Source of the DNA: a virus
Lineage: Duplodnaviria; Caudoviricetes
DNA: 64,000 nt
Virus record (IMG/VR): IMGVR_UViG_3300025121_000014
Span: 96,001-160,000 of that record
Strand: one strand, 5' to 3'
The notes below the pieces were generated by a model. The model was not told where the DNA came from, ran no database searches, and worked only from the letters and a program-made list of their open reading frames with translations. Numbering within the stretch: the stretch's first letter is position 1; each line of letters opens with the position of its first letter. Position numbers and translations under genes: made by a program. Shown in pieces: positions 30,224-39,881 of this stretch.

Positions 30224-30880
30224 ATGAAAAATTTATTAACTATTTTATTAATATTGTTTGTTTTTTCAAGTTGTGAAAAATATGGTTATCTTGATAAACC
30301 AGAAAACGAAAATGCAAATAGTGATCAGCATATTGTAAAATTTGTATTTTATACTACACATTATCAGCGAGATAATTTAGATAGTACTAATAACGTTTAT
30401 TTAGATTCAGCAAATTGGGAAATTTTTATTTATAATGTTGAATTTGATCGTATTACAAAAACACATGAATATATTGTCAAAGATACTACATTATTACAAT
30501 TAAAAGATAGTGTTTGGAGACCTAATTATTATTCACCAACACCACATGCAGACAGTTTAAATTCTCTTATAGATTCAGTAAAAATGATAGATAATAAAAT
30601 AATTATAAATGATAGATTTCATATATTTGAACTGTCCGAAGGTAAATATAAAGTGTATATAGATAGAGGAAGAACATCAGATGATTATAAAGAATGTAAA
30701 ACTAATATAGAAATCATAAATAGTCCTAAAAACAAAAAACCAGAATATGTTCTTAGATATTTACCAGATTTATATTGTTGGTCGCAATTATCAAATGATC
30801 CTTCTCTTGAACCTATACTTATAGATACAGTAAAAATATATGATGTAGATCAAATTATACCAATCCTTGTAAATATTTAA
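30224..30880 (+). CDS. Putative lipoprotein
   Basis: MKNLLTILLILFVFSSC lipobox signal. Confidence 0.7.
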   Translation: MKNLLTILLILFVFSSCEKYGYLDKPENENANSDQHIVKFVFYTTHYQRDNLDSTNNVYLDSANWEIFIYNVEFDRITKTHEYIVKDTTLLQLKDSVWRPNYYSPTPHADSLNSLIDSVKMIDNKIIINDRFHIFELSEGKYKVYIDRGRTSDDYKECKTNIEIINSPKNKKPEYVLRYLPDLYCWSQLSNDPSLEPILIDTVKIYDVDQIIPILVNI

Positions 30881-30885
30881 AAAAT

Positions 30886-31098
30886 ATGATGATAAAATGT
30901 AAAGAAAATTGGAGAAATGGTTATATGATAACTGTTATAAATAGATATAATCTTTGTTATCAAAAGAAATTTTTACCTGAAAAAATGAAAGATATTTATA
31001 CTGAAAAATTCGGTGATATTATTATTTATAGTGATGAATATGATGATTGGTATTGTGACATTTTGAATCAAAAATATCATAATTATAAATTCAAATAA
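30886..31098 (+). CDS. Hypothetical protein
   Basis: 70-aa ORF. Confidence 0.45.
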   Translation: MMIKCKENWRNGYMITVINRYNLCYQKKFLPEKMKDIYTEKFGDIIIYSDEYDDWYCDILNQKYHNYKFK

Positions 31099-31220
31099 CA
31101 TAATTTTTAACAAATATTCCTAAACAAATCCATTCACGATATTATATTTTATTAAAAAAAATAAACATTTTTTAATATATAGGATATATAATATCATTAT
31201 AAAAACATTCCTAATATTTA

Positions 31221-31847
31221 ATGAAAATTATTTTAAAGCATTTAATGGATTTTCCTATATTACAAAACGCATTTGTTTATATTATTAATAATAACAAAGG
31301 TGATAATAATCCTTATCATAATAATGGTCATTTAATGACCGTTTTTTATTTTGCTATGGAAATGGCAGATTATTATAAATTAGATGATTATCATAAAATA
31401 CATTTAGGATTAGTTGCATTATTTCACGATTTTAATCATAATGGTAAAATTGGTAATGATGATGTAAATTTAAAAGAAGCATATATAGGTTTCTTAGATT
31501 TTTATTCTTATTGTAACGAAAAACTTAATTTGTATATTGATACTGATTTATTTAAAAATATATTAAATCATACAGAGTTCCCTTCTAGACCTAATCCTAC
31601 GACCATAGAAGATAAGATAATCATGGATAGTGATATGTTATCAAATTATACTTCAGGTTGGTTTAAAGACAACTTAGTAGGCATATCGAAGGAATTTGGA
31701 GTAAGTCTTAAGGATCATTTACCAAATCAAATTAAATTTATAGAAAACTTATCATTTTACACAGAATATGCACAACAATTACATTTAGAAAAAAAAGATA
31801 AAATATTAGATAAATTACGTCAATTAGAACGTATTTTTAAGAATTAA
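31221..31847 (+). CDS. HD-domain phosphohydrolase
   Basis: NPYHNNGH, FHDFNH, IMDSD. Confidence 0.75.
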   Translation: MKIILKHLMDFPILQNAFVYIINNNKGDNNPYHNNGHLMTVFYFAMEMADYYKLDDYHKIHLGLVALFHDFNHNGKIGNDDVNLKEAYIGFLDFYSYCNEKLNLYIDTDLFKNILNHTEFPSRPNPTTIEDKIIMDSDMLSNYTSGWFKDNLVGISKEFGVSLKDHLPNQIKFIENLSFYTEYAQQLHLEKKDKILDKLRQLERIFKN

Positions 31848-31856
31848 AAAACATAC

Positions 31857-32627
31857 ATGGAGAGAAAATATAGGACACCTAGTCCTTCACCATCAATTGC
31901 TATAATTGGTGATAATTTTATAAGTGATTATATTTATACATCGTTTAAAAGATATTCAAAACTTAAACCTATACCTTATAATACCATCAATGATATAAAT
32001 TTAAAAGTAGATTATATTATTGATTCATCATTTAATAAAAAAATACAAGACGATATTATATCTTATTCTAAAGATAATAATATTAAAAAAATTATTTTAT
32101 TAAATCATTGGAAAAGAGATATTGAAAAAATAGATGGATTAATTCTAATTCAGGCAATAGTTCCAGATGTATATGGTAATGAACATATGAGTTTTTATCG
32201 ACCAGGTTTTGGTAATTGTGATGATTCTGAAATAAATTATTGTACATTAATATGTGAGGGAATAAGAAGAATTCACGAATCAAAAATAGGATTTATTCCT
32301 ATTACACATATATCATATGGACATGATAAATTAAAATTTATTTTTATTGAAAATTTATATAACCCATTAGAATATATTTTAAAAGAAATTAATATAACAT
32401 CAGAATACGAAATATATGATGATGAAAAAAATTCTAATTATGTTCTAAATGTTATAAGAGATATTATAGAATATAGAGGAACAATTTCGTTTGATAATAC
32501 TCATTCTATTTACAATAAACCAATAAAAAGATTAGATTTTTATCAAGATAATAAATCACTTTATTATTATATTCGAAAAATTTATAATAATTTAATTCGT
32601 AATAACGAAAGATTCATTAGTAATTAA
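31857..32627 (+). CDS. Divergent NAD-dependent epimerase-like protein (GDP-fucose synthase-like), probably non-catalytic
   Basis: IVPDVYG..ICEGIRRIHESK..SYG..KFIFIENL resembles the extended-SDR C-domain; no GxxGxxG. Confidence 0.4.
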   Translation: MERKYRTPSPSPSIAIIGDNFISDYIYTSFKRYSKLKPIPYNTINDINLKVDYIIDSSFNKKIQDDIISYSKDNNIKKIILLNHWKRDIEKIDGLILIQAIVPDVYGNEHMSFYRPGFGNCDDSEINYCTLICEGIRRIHESKIGFIPITHISYGHDKLKFIFIENLYNPLEYILKEINITSEYEIYDDEKNSNYVLNVIRDIIEYRGTISFDNTHSIYNKPIKRLDFYQDNKSLYYYIRKIYNNLIRNNERFISN

Positions 32628-32659
32628 TTTTTATATATAATTAAAAAACCAAATAAATT

Positions 32660-32968
32660 ATGAGACATTTAAAAACACCACATGAGTTTAATGATTTATC
32701 AGAAAGTTTTAATGTATCTGATGATAATGAAAGTAAAATTTTATATAAAGTTGAAATAAATGGTGATATATATCAATTGTTAGAAGTAAAAGAAACAGAA
32801 TTTACTGATGGTGAATTAATTATGGTAGTATATAAAAATGATGAAGAAATTGATATTGATGAAGAATTAGATAATCTTTTAAAACAATTCAGAACATTAA
32901 AATTAACAGATGAAAATATGTGTAAATATATACTTTTCTATAATAGATTTAATGAATTATGTTATTAA
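32660..32968 (+). CDS. Hypothetical acidic protein (MRHLKTPHEF leader)
   Basis: ORF after TTTATATATA at 32630. Confidence 0.55.
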   Translation: MRHLKTPHEFNDLSESFNVSDDNESKILYKVEINGDIYQLLEVKETEFTDGELIMVVYKNDEEIDIDEELDNLLKQFRTLKLTDENMCKYILFYNRFNELCY

Positions 32969-33058
32969 AATTTGTATATTAGAAATAAAAGTAGTATCTT
33001 TGACATATATTTATAAAGCAAAACGATTATAAGATGATTCATACTATATAACATTTAA

Positions 33059-33457
33059 ATGAATAAAAACAAAAAACTTATAAATTGGCAAGAACTTAGC
33101 AACGCTTTATTACATATTGTTAGTGAATATTTTATTTGTCACATTTCAGAAGATGATGGGTTTGGTTATGTTCTTGTTATGGAAAAAAGTGGGAAAGCGT
33201 TTGCAAGAACATACTGGTTTGTTGACCATACTGATACTATTTATTTTGACTGGTTAAGTGTTGATGAAAAATATCGAGGAAAAGGTATTGCTACAGAACT
33301 ACTGAACTATCATATAAAAATAGCAAAAATGTTTGGAGTTGAAACAATGCTTTGGGTAAAAAAAGATACTTGGATACACGAATGGTATAAACGTAAAGGA
33401 TATAAAGATTATAAAGATTACGATAAAGAAAACATTTGGATGCAAATGCTATCTTAA
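33059..33457 (+). CDS. GNAT-family acetyltransferase
   Basis: LSVDEKYRGKGIATELL motif A; WYKRKGY. Confidence 0.85.
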   Translation: MNKNKKLINWQELSNALLHIVSEYFICHISEDDGFGYVLVMEKSGKAFARTYWFVDHTDTIYFDWLSVDEKYRGKGIATELLNYHIKIAKMFGVETMLWVKKDTWIHEWYKRKGYKDYKDYDKENIWMQMLS

Positions 33458-33493
33458 TAATTATATATGCACATAATCAAAAATTAAAATAAA

Positions 33494-33769
33494 ATGAAAA
33501 AATTTAAAATTATAACATTAGTAACTATTGTAATATTAATAGTTGGGCTTTCTTCTTGTAATGAAAAACAAGAAAAATTAAAATATCCAACAACACCTAC
33601 TAAGTGGGTAGTTGATCGTATTCGACAAAATACAAATGAGATAAGTTTTTATCATGTTTGTTCAATTGAAAAAGAAGATATTAATTTTAGAACAAACTCT
33701 ACTTGGTTTGTGGATAGTGTTGGTAAATTTACTGTCGGTGATACAGTATCTTTCTATACTTGTCATTAA
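33494..33769 (+). CDS. Putative lipoprotein
   Basis: Hydrophobic signal ending GLSSC. Confidence 0.65.
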   Translation: MKKFKIITLVTIVILIVGLSSCNEKQEKLKYPTTPTKWVVDRIRQNTNEISFYHVCSIEKEDINFRTNSTWFVDSVGKFTVGDTVSFYTCH

Positions 33770-34068
33770 CATTTATTAAAATTAAAAAATATAATTATAT
33801 GGAAAATAAAGAATTAAAAACTATTATTTATAGTAGAATTGATTTAAAAGAAAATGAAAATAAAAGAATTGAAGATATTCATATTAAAGATTTTAGAATA
33901 ATTAGTGATATTTTTTCAGAAGATTTATATATTTTTGTTGATGATGATTTTACAACAAAGATATTAAAAAGTAGATTTACTGATAGTGAAATAATTAAAA
34001 ACTATGATTTTAAAATAATTAAAAAATATGATTTTAAAAAAAGATTTTTTAATTTTTTTCGGTTTTAA
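33760..34068 (+). CDS. Hypothetical protein
   Basis: ORF; true start probably the internal MENKEL. Confidence 0.5.
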   Translation: MSLTFIKIKKYNYMENKELKTIIYSRIDLKENENKRIEDIHIKDFRIISDIFSEDLYIFVDDDFTTKILKSRFTDSEIIKNYDFKIIKKYDFKKRFFNFFRF

Positions 34069-34131
34069 TTTTTAAATATAAAGGTTTGTATAATACCTGT
34101 AAAGAAATTTGAAATACTTAATTGTTGATAT

Positions 34132-34458
34132 ATGAAAATGTTAAATATAATTACAAACACATTTAACTCTTTAACGACTTTCATATATAGTATGTTAGAT
34201 TGGATTGTTTATTTATTTTGGGAAATAGGGTGGATGACTATTCAATTACTAAAAGGCAACATAAACGGTACAATAGAAATGTTATATTGGATAAGGATAC
34301 ATTTGACATATGATGGGAAATATATAAGTAAAACAAAATTATCATTAACACAAATAATTAAAAATATTTGCATTGAGATAGTGGGACTTATAGTGACATT
34401 AGGAATTTTATTTTTAACTATTATGTTCATTTTATTGATTATGACTATGAACTACTAA
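34132..34458 (+). CDS. Hypothetical membrane protein
   Basis: Hydrophobic C-terminal segment; last codons (ATGAACTAC) match an IS right-end tail. Confidence 0.5.
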   Translation: MKMLNIITNTFNSLTTFIYSMLDWIVYLFWEIGWMTIQLLKGNINGTIEMLYWIRIHLTYDGKYISKTKLSLTQIIKNICIEIVGLIVTLGILFLTIMFILLIMTMNY

Positions 34459-34517
34459 AATTAAAATTTAATATTTAATTATAAATATTTTATATATAAA
34501 ATAAAATATTTATTAAT

Positions 34518-34943
34518 ATGGAACACGACAAAAAACTAAAAAATTTCATTAAAACTAATATTAAAGATTTTTTGAATGAACAAGTTGTGATGAAAAAACC
34601 TATCATAATTAAATCAAAAAAGAATGATTTGATGTATATTAAAATTAGCTTTGATGAAAAAGGTAGAGTTGATAAAATTGAGAATAAATGGGATGTTAAA
34701 ATACCCGAATATTATGGTTTTGATATTAATGAAATTGAAATAAATAATTGGATTAGAAGAAAAGAACCAGATTTATACATTGAAAAAGAAATAAACGAAA
34801 ATACATATAAAATAGCGTTTGATGATGAAATTAAATATGAACTTAAACGTTATTTACAGAATACAATATGGAATAAAGTTGGTGGAATTGACGAAAGAGC
34901 TGATAAACTAATGGAATTACATAATGAACTACACATCAAATAA
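34518..34943 (+). CDS. Hypothetical protein with its 3' end interrupted by mini-IS A
   Basis: C-terminal residues ELHIK* are read from the element's right end. Confidence 0.6.
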   Translation: MEHDKKLKNFIKTNIKDFLNEQVVMKKPIIIKSKKNDLMYIKISFDEKGRVDKIENKWDVKIPEYYGFDINEIEINNWIRRKEPDLYIEKEINENTYKIAFDDEIKYELKRYLQNTIWNKVGGIDERADKLMELHNELHIK

Positions 34944-35185
34944 ATATTAATGTGTTTCAACGTTTCATAGACTTGACTATTGTCAACGCCTCACCGTCTT
35001 TTTGTTTATACTACGAAATCAGTCCCTGACCCACAGTTTAAAAATATTTTTAAACATTTTTAATGACACTTAACTTGGTTTTCGTTAAATGTTTGACTAT
35101 CAAGTATTTACATACTTGAACCTCAATGATTTTACTTGATCTAGGTTTGTAGATCAAAACCATTAAATCATTTCAAAGAACTTTT
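34905..35185 (-). ncRNA. Putative omega-like RNA from mini-IS A plus flanking guide (boundaries approximate)
   Basis: Three 8-bp hairpins, then a TnpB-3'-like scaffold (GGTCAGGGACTGA..AAACAAAAA..GAGGCGTTG..AGTCTATGAA) and the right end; promoter motif at 35198-35207. Confidence 0.55.
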
Positions 35186-35276
35186 ATTTAATTATTATAT
35201 ATATTAAATAATGAAAGCCAAAAAAGTCAAATTCATCACATAACTAAAGGTTTATGTGTTTTCTTTGATGGCTCAT
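34924..35276 (-). mobile_element. Mini-IS A: ORF-less IS200/IS605-type element (353 bp)
   Basis: TTTAT precedes the left-end hairpin ATGAGCCATCAAAGAAAACACATAAACCTTTAGTTATGTGATGAATTTGAC; right end GAAACACATT..GATGTGTAGTTCAT. Confidence 0.85.
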
Positions 35277-35295
35277 ATAAAAAAAAGTTTTTAAA

Positions 35296-35976
35296 ATGTG
35301 GAGTTATTACGGAAGAAAAAGTAAAGTAGTTAAATATTACCCTAATCCAATACACGACAAAATAATAGAACCTTTTGCAGGAACCGCCGTTTATTCGTTA
35401 TATGAAAATAATTGGGAAAAAGAAGTATTGTTAGTTGATAAATATAATGTTATTGTTGAATTATGGCATTATTTACAACAAGCAACAGCAAAAGATATAT
35501 TATCATTACCTGATATGGAATATCATGATAATGTTGATCAACATACACAATTATCAAAAGAAGAAAAATGGTTAATAGGTTTTAATATAAACGGTGGTTC
35601 ATCTCAACCAAAAAAAACTACTATGAAATATAATGTTTGGAATAATATTAAACCTGTTATTGCAGAAAATCTTTATAAAATTAAACATTGGAAAATTATA
35701 GAAGGTGATTATAGAGATATTAAAAATGAAAAAGCAACCTGGTTTATAGATCCACCTTATCAAACTGGTGGAATTTATTATAGACACAATAATTCTAAAA
35801 TTAATTTTCCAGAATTATCAGATTGGTGTAAAAGTAGAAATGGTCAAATTATTGTTTGTGAAAATACTAAAGCTGATTGGATGGATTTTAAAGCATTAAA
35901 AAAAATGAGAGGTTCTTTACATACAACAACTGAAGCAATTTGGTATCGCGAAAATAATGAAATACTTATTAACTAA
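35296..35976 (+). CDS. DNA adenine methyltransferase (Dam/D12-like)
   Basis: YYGRKSK, EPFAGTA (motif I), IDPPY (motif IV). Confidence 0.88.
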   Translation: MWSYYGRKSKVVKYYPNPIHDKIIEPFAGTAVYSLYENNWEKEVLLVDKYNVIVELWHYLQQATAKDILSLPDMEYHDNVDQHTQLSKEEKWLIGFNINGGSSQPKKTTMKYNVWNNIKPVIAENLYKIKHWKIIEGDYRDIKNEKATWFIDPPYQTGGIYYRHNNSKINFPELSDWCKSRNGQIIVCENTKADWMDFKALKKMRGSLHTTTEAIWYRENNEILIN

Positions 35977-36000
35977 AACACGTTATTGTAAAGAAAATAT

Positions 36001-36033
36001 AAAACCAAATATTTCTATTAAATATTTGGTTTT
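36001..36033 (+). terminator. Hairpin terminator
   Basis: AAAACCAAATATTT-CTATT-AAATATTTGGTTTT. Confidence 0.65.
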
Positions 36034-36096
36034 GTTGTTTATTATGCTTATATTAGATTTAAAATATAATAATTTGAAACATTAAACAAAATTAAT

Positions 36097-36456
36097 ATGG
36101 AAAAATTTATAATTATAACAGCAGATACAAACGATGGTGATTATATTACTGAAAGATACAAAATTACTGATGAACAAATTGCAAAAATAATTCCAGTTGT
36201 AGAAGCAATAAAAAAAATTAAATTTGAACCTTATATCGTAACAAAACCTGGATATTGGTCACATAAACAAAACAGTAATTACCCTACTGGTGAAATGCAT
36301 AGAAGTGATTTAGGTGAAAAATCTGCAAAAGATTTATACGGGCATCTTGAAGGATTTGAATTATTTAATAGTTTTTGTCCTTTGGGAGAATATGGTATTC
36401 ATACTATAGTATCAGTTGAAATTATTCAAGTTGCAGAAACAATTAATTTATTATAA
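36097..36456 (+). CDS. Hypothetical protein
   Basis: 119-aa ORF. Confidence 0.6.
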   Translation: MEKFIIITADTNDGDYITERYKITDEQIAKIIPVVEAIKKIKFEPYIVTKPGYWSHKQNSNYPTGEMHRSDLGEKSAKDLYGHLEGFELFNSFCPLGEYGIHTIVSVEIIQVAETINLL

Positions 36457-36874
36457 AATGAAAAATTTAAAAGAAATATTAAGAGAAAAAACAATTAAAT
36501 ATTACAATAGTAAATCTTGTAATAGAAATATGGAAAATTTTCATATGGGTGATTTATTTTATATATTATTTAATGATGTAAATAATTGGCCAGACGTATC
36601 ATATTGTTGTGGTTGTGAAGATTGTAATTGTGATGATAGTGAAAAGATAAAAGAAGAATTAGATATGGAAAATAATGAAATATTAGAAATAAATGATAAT
36701 TTCATAACTATTGCTTGTGGTGGTGATTGGCAAAATCCTTTAACTTTAACAATTAAAGCTATTGATGATAAATTAACAGTAGTCAATATCAAAAATGGTT
36801 ATGATGATGGAAAATATTGGAATAAATCGGAACTTTTTTTAAAAGATATTGGATTAGATATAACAACAATTTAA
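36416..36874 (+). CDS. Hypothetical Cys-rich protein
   Basis: CCGCEDCNC, IACGGDWQNP; likely ATG start at 36458. Confidence 0.55.
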   Translation: MKLFKLQKQLIYYKMKNLKEILREKTIKYYNSKSCNRNMENFHMGDLFYILFNDVNNWPDVSYCCGCEDCNCDDSEKIKEELDMENNEILEINDNFITIACGGDWQNPLTLTIKAIDDKLTVVNIKNGYDDGKYWNKSELFLKDIGLDITTI

Positions 36875-36891
36875 AATTAAAAATTAAAAAA

Positions 36892-37170
36892 ATGAAAAAA
36901 AATTTAACATTAAAAAAACTCTTGAAACTAGGTTTTAAAGAGAATGTAGTTACAAAAGAAGAATCTGGAGATAATGAATATAGATATTATTCATTAGAAT
37001 TAAATGATGAAAACGATGATTGTCTTATTAGTGATTCAGATGATGAAATAAAAGATGGTTTATACACAGTTAATCTATTTAATTCGGAAATGGGTTATTG
37101 TTACAATACAAAACAAATAAAAAAGTTATATAAAGCATTAAAAGGTGTAAAATTAAAAAAAAATAAATAG
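36892..37170 (+). CDS. Hypothetical protein
   Basis: 92-aa ORF. Confidence 0.55.
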   Translation: MKKNLTLKKLLKLGFKENVVTKEESGDNEYRYYSLELNDENDDCLISDSDDEIKDGLYTVNLFNSEMGYCYNTKQIKKLYKALKGVKLKKNK

Positions 37171-37176
37171 TTAATT

Positions 37177-37416
37177 GTGATGCAATTTTATATAATAAAA
37201 ACAGAAACTATACAAGTTGGGTATGAAAATGCATCTAATATTAGTTTTATTGCTTGGGATGATAATAAAAAACCAATAAAAGTAAATGCTGCAACTGCAT
37301 ATAGATACTACACAGAAGAAGGTGTAAAACAAGCAATAAAAAATGGGAATATAAATAATGAAAATTGGATACCTCATTTATTAGTTATGGATACCTACGA
37401 TGTAAAATTTAATTAA
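37177..37416 (+). CDS. Hypothetical protein
   Basis: 79-aa ORF. Confidence 0.5.
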   Translation: MMQFYIIKTETIQVGYENASNISFIAWDDNKKPIKVNAATAYRYYTEEGVKQAIKNGNINNENWIPHLLVMDTYDVKFN

Positions 37417-37457
37417 ACCTAAAAAAATTATTTATAATATGAAACACATTAAAAAAT

Positions 37458-37742
37458 ATGATTTGGTTATTTAGAGTTGACAATGTATTTTGGGACAACA
37501 AACCAAAAGTTAATGAACATTATTTATTTGATAGTAATGATACGGAGTTTGATATAACTCAATATGACATTTCTTTATATTTTAGCACGTCTGATTATTA
37601 TTTGTTGGAAGAATCTAATGATACGGAAATATATAGTTTACTATTTGTAGGATTAAATCATAATCCAAAGAGATTATCTGTATCAGATGGTTCTGAAATT
37701 CATAATATCATTAGATACTTTTATATGGAAAAATCAAAATAA
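37458..37742 (+). CDS. Hypothetical protein
   Basis: 94-aa ORF. Confidence 0.5.
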   Translation: MIWLFRVDNVFWDNKPKVNEHYLFDSNDTEFDITQYDISLYFSTSDYYLLEESNDTEIYSLLFVGLNHNPKRLSVSDGSEIHNIIRYFYMEKSK

Positions 37743-37895
37743 AAATAAACTTGAATATAACGTCTGGAAATATCGTTTTAATACAATATGTTTGTTATTT
37801 TTAAAAATTATGTTTAAATTTGTATATTAAAAATTAATTAACAGCACGGATTATTAATACAAAAGTTTAAAATATGAATAGTTAAATTTACAAAG

Positions 37896-38207
37896 ATGAT
37901 TAATAAAATAATTGAAGATAGTATTAAAATTGGTATTCCAGTAAAATGTGAATATGTTCCAAATATCGGTTTTGTATATGAAATTGATGATTTTTATAAG
38001 AGTGGAACAATATCAATTAAAGAAGAAAATGGAAAATTAATTGCAACAGCAAGATATAATGAAAAAACTGAAATAGAAGAACCGATAGATATTGTGAATT
38101 TGAATTACCGATGGTGGGTATATTCTAAAGATATGTATGAAGATTGGAAGTACCCATCTGAAATTTGGAAAAAGTTATTTGATATATACAAACTTAATTA
38201 TGCATAA
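37896..38207 (+). CDS. Hypothetical protein
   Basis: 103-aa ORF. Confidence 0.55.
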   Translation: MINKIIEDSIKIGIPVKCEYVPNIGFVYEIDDFYKSGTISIKEENGKLIATARYNEKTEIEEPIDIVNLNYRWWVYSKDMYEDWKYPSEIWKKLFDIYKLNYA

Positions 38208-38439
38208 TATAATATATTTACAAATTAAAAAAATTTATAGTGGTTTGAAAGACTCTGTTCTTAACGATGTTGCGAAAAGGAAAGAAGATTTTAATGATAG
38301 TTGGATGGGATATATTGAATATGAACAACAATCTTTTATTGAAGATTGTGTTGATAATTTTGAAGATAGTGAATTTACAGAAGATGAAGTTAGGAAGGTC
38401 GCTAATCAAGTTATAAAAGATTTACCTCTTGATATTTAA
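38137..38439 (+). CDS. Hypothetical acidic protein
   Basis: ORF; true start probably at the internal MHN (~38200). Confidence 0.5.
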   Translation: MKIGSTHLKFGKSYLIYTNLIMHNIIYLQIKKIYSGLKDSVLNDVAKRKEDFNDSWMGYIEYEQQSFIEDCVDNFEDSEFTEDEVRKVANQVIKDLPLDI

Positions 38440-38484
38440 AATGTTGTCTAATGGTTGGGTATTATTTAATTAAAAGAAATAAAG

Positions 38485-38772
38485 ATGAATAACTTACAAA
38501 ATAATGAAAAAAGTGATGCACCACCAATAGGGTATGACACACTGTTAGTCGCTATTAAAAATAGACGGTTAAAAGAATGGTTCTATTATTTTAAAAACGG
38601 ACACGAATTTCTTTTAAATGAAGAGGTGGATATTATTTGCAATACCAGATATGAAGAAAAATATAAATGGATGAATGATGGACAAATACAAAAACTTATA
38701 CGTGTTAGGGTAAAAGAAATGTACAAAAAGAAATTCCCTAATGCAAAACGATGGTCATTAGCTTGTTTTTAA
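38485..38772 (+). CDS. Hypothetical protein
   Basis: 95-aa ORF. Confidence 0.5.
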   Translation: MNNLQNNEKSDAPPIGYDTLLVAIKNRRLKEWFYYFKNGHEFLLNEEVDIICNTRYEEKYKWMNDGQIQKLIRVRVKEMYKKKFPNAKRWSLACF

Positions 38773-38794
38773 TTGTAGTTAACAATTACCGATG

Positions 38795-39062
38795 AATTAA
38801 AACAAAGTTAGATAATGAACTACCATTAATTTAAAAATTTAATGGTTTCTTTGTATATTTATTTACAAAAACTCCGTAGAGGCTCGTCCATTGAAGCAAA
38901 AGTAGATGTTTTTTAAAAACATATTTAAACTACAAAAAACTTGTTCGTCAAACAAGTTATCTGGTTGAAACTGAACCAGTTCAGTAATATGACGAAAACT
39001 ACTTTATTGATTTTACATCACTTAAGATTTAAAGTGATAACCAAATATATCAAAGAACTTTT
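38795..39062 (-). ncRNA. Putative structured omega-like RNA from mini-IS B (boundaries approximate)
   Basis: Hairpins ATCACTT/AAGTGAT, ACTGAA/TTCAGT, AACTTGTT/AACAAGTT, TTTGTA/TACAAA; promoter motif at 39075-39084. Confidence 0.5.
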
Positions 39063-39155
39063 ATTTAATTATTATATATATTAAATAATTAAAGACTGTT
39101 TTTGTCAAATTCATCCTTTAAACTAAAGATTTAACGGTTTTCTTTGACTGGTCAT
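38815..39155 (-). mobile_element. Mini-IS B: ORF-less IS200/IS605-type element (341 bp)
   Basis: TTTAT|ATGACCAGTCAAAGAAAACCGTTAAATCTTTAGTTTAAAGGATGAATTTGAC left end; right end GAAACCATTAA..TTAATGGTAGTTCAT. Confidence 0.85.
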
Positions 39156-39177
39156 ATAAAAAAAAATAAAAATAAAA

Positions 39178-39765
39178 ATGAAAACTAAAGATTTTATAAA
39201 AATGTTACAAAAAACTGATCCAAGTGGAGAAGCATATATTAGAATTGGTGGTGCAATTATAGGTGCAGAATTAAAACCGGGGTATTGGGATGGTCCTTAC
39301 GAATATATGGATGAAAATGGTATTTTTGTTAGTAGTATAAAAGGACAAAAAGTAGATATTCATACAGAAAATATGGAAGATATAGTTTATGAATTAGATG
39401 GAGATATGGATAAAGTAAAAGAAAAGATACGATTTGAATATGATGGGTATGTAAATAATGGAAAAGATAGAATAGAAAATATATGGAAAAATCTTGAAAA
39501 AGTAGCTGAAAATGCAAGAGAATTTCATAAAAAATCGTTAATAAATTTTACTAAAAAAATAAAAGAACGTTATAAAAAAGGTGAATTTATAATTGAAAAA
39601 ATAAATAATGAACATCCATTACATATGACTAATTTTTATTGGAAAAATAAATTAAGTAAAAAAGGAGGAATATGTGGTGGAGAACATGATGTAATATTTA
39701 AAACAGATTTATTTGAAAAAATAAAATATGAAGAAGGTTATAATAAATTAATAATTAAAAAATAA
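39178..39765 (+). CDS. Hypothetical protein
   Basis: 195-aa ORF (PGYWDGPYEY). Confidence 0.6.
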   Translation: MKTKDFIKMLQKTDPSGEAYIRIGGAIIGAELKPGYWDGPYEYMDENGIFVSSIKGQKVDIHTENMEDIVYELDGDMDKVKEKIRFEYDGYVNNGKDRIENIWKNLEKVAENAREFHKKSLINFTKKIKERYKKGEFIIEKINNEHPLHMTNFYWKNKLSKKGGICGGEHDVIFKTDLFEKIKYEEGYNKLIIKK

Positions 39766-39881
39766 AAAAAGGAGGGAATCATGACATAGATTAAACAACC
39801 ACCATAACATAATTATTAAAAATGTTCTACATAGAATGAAAAATTAAAAATTAGTATAAATAAAATAAATAAAAAATAATT

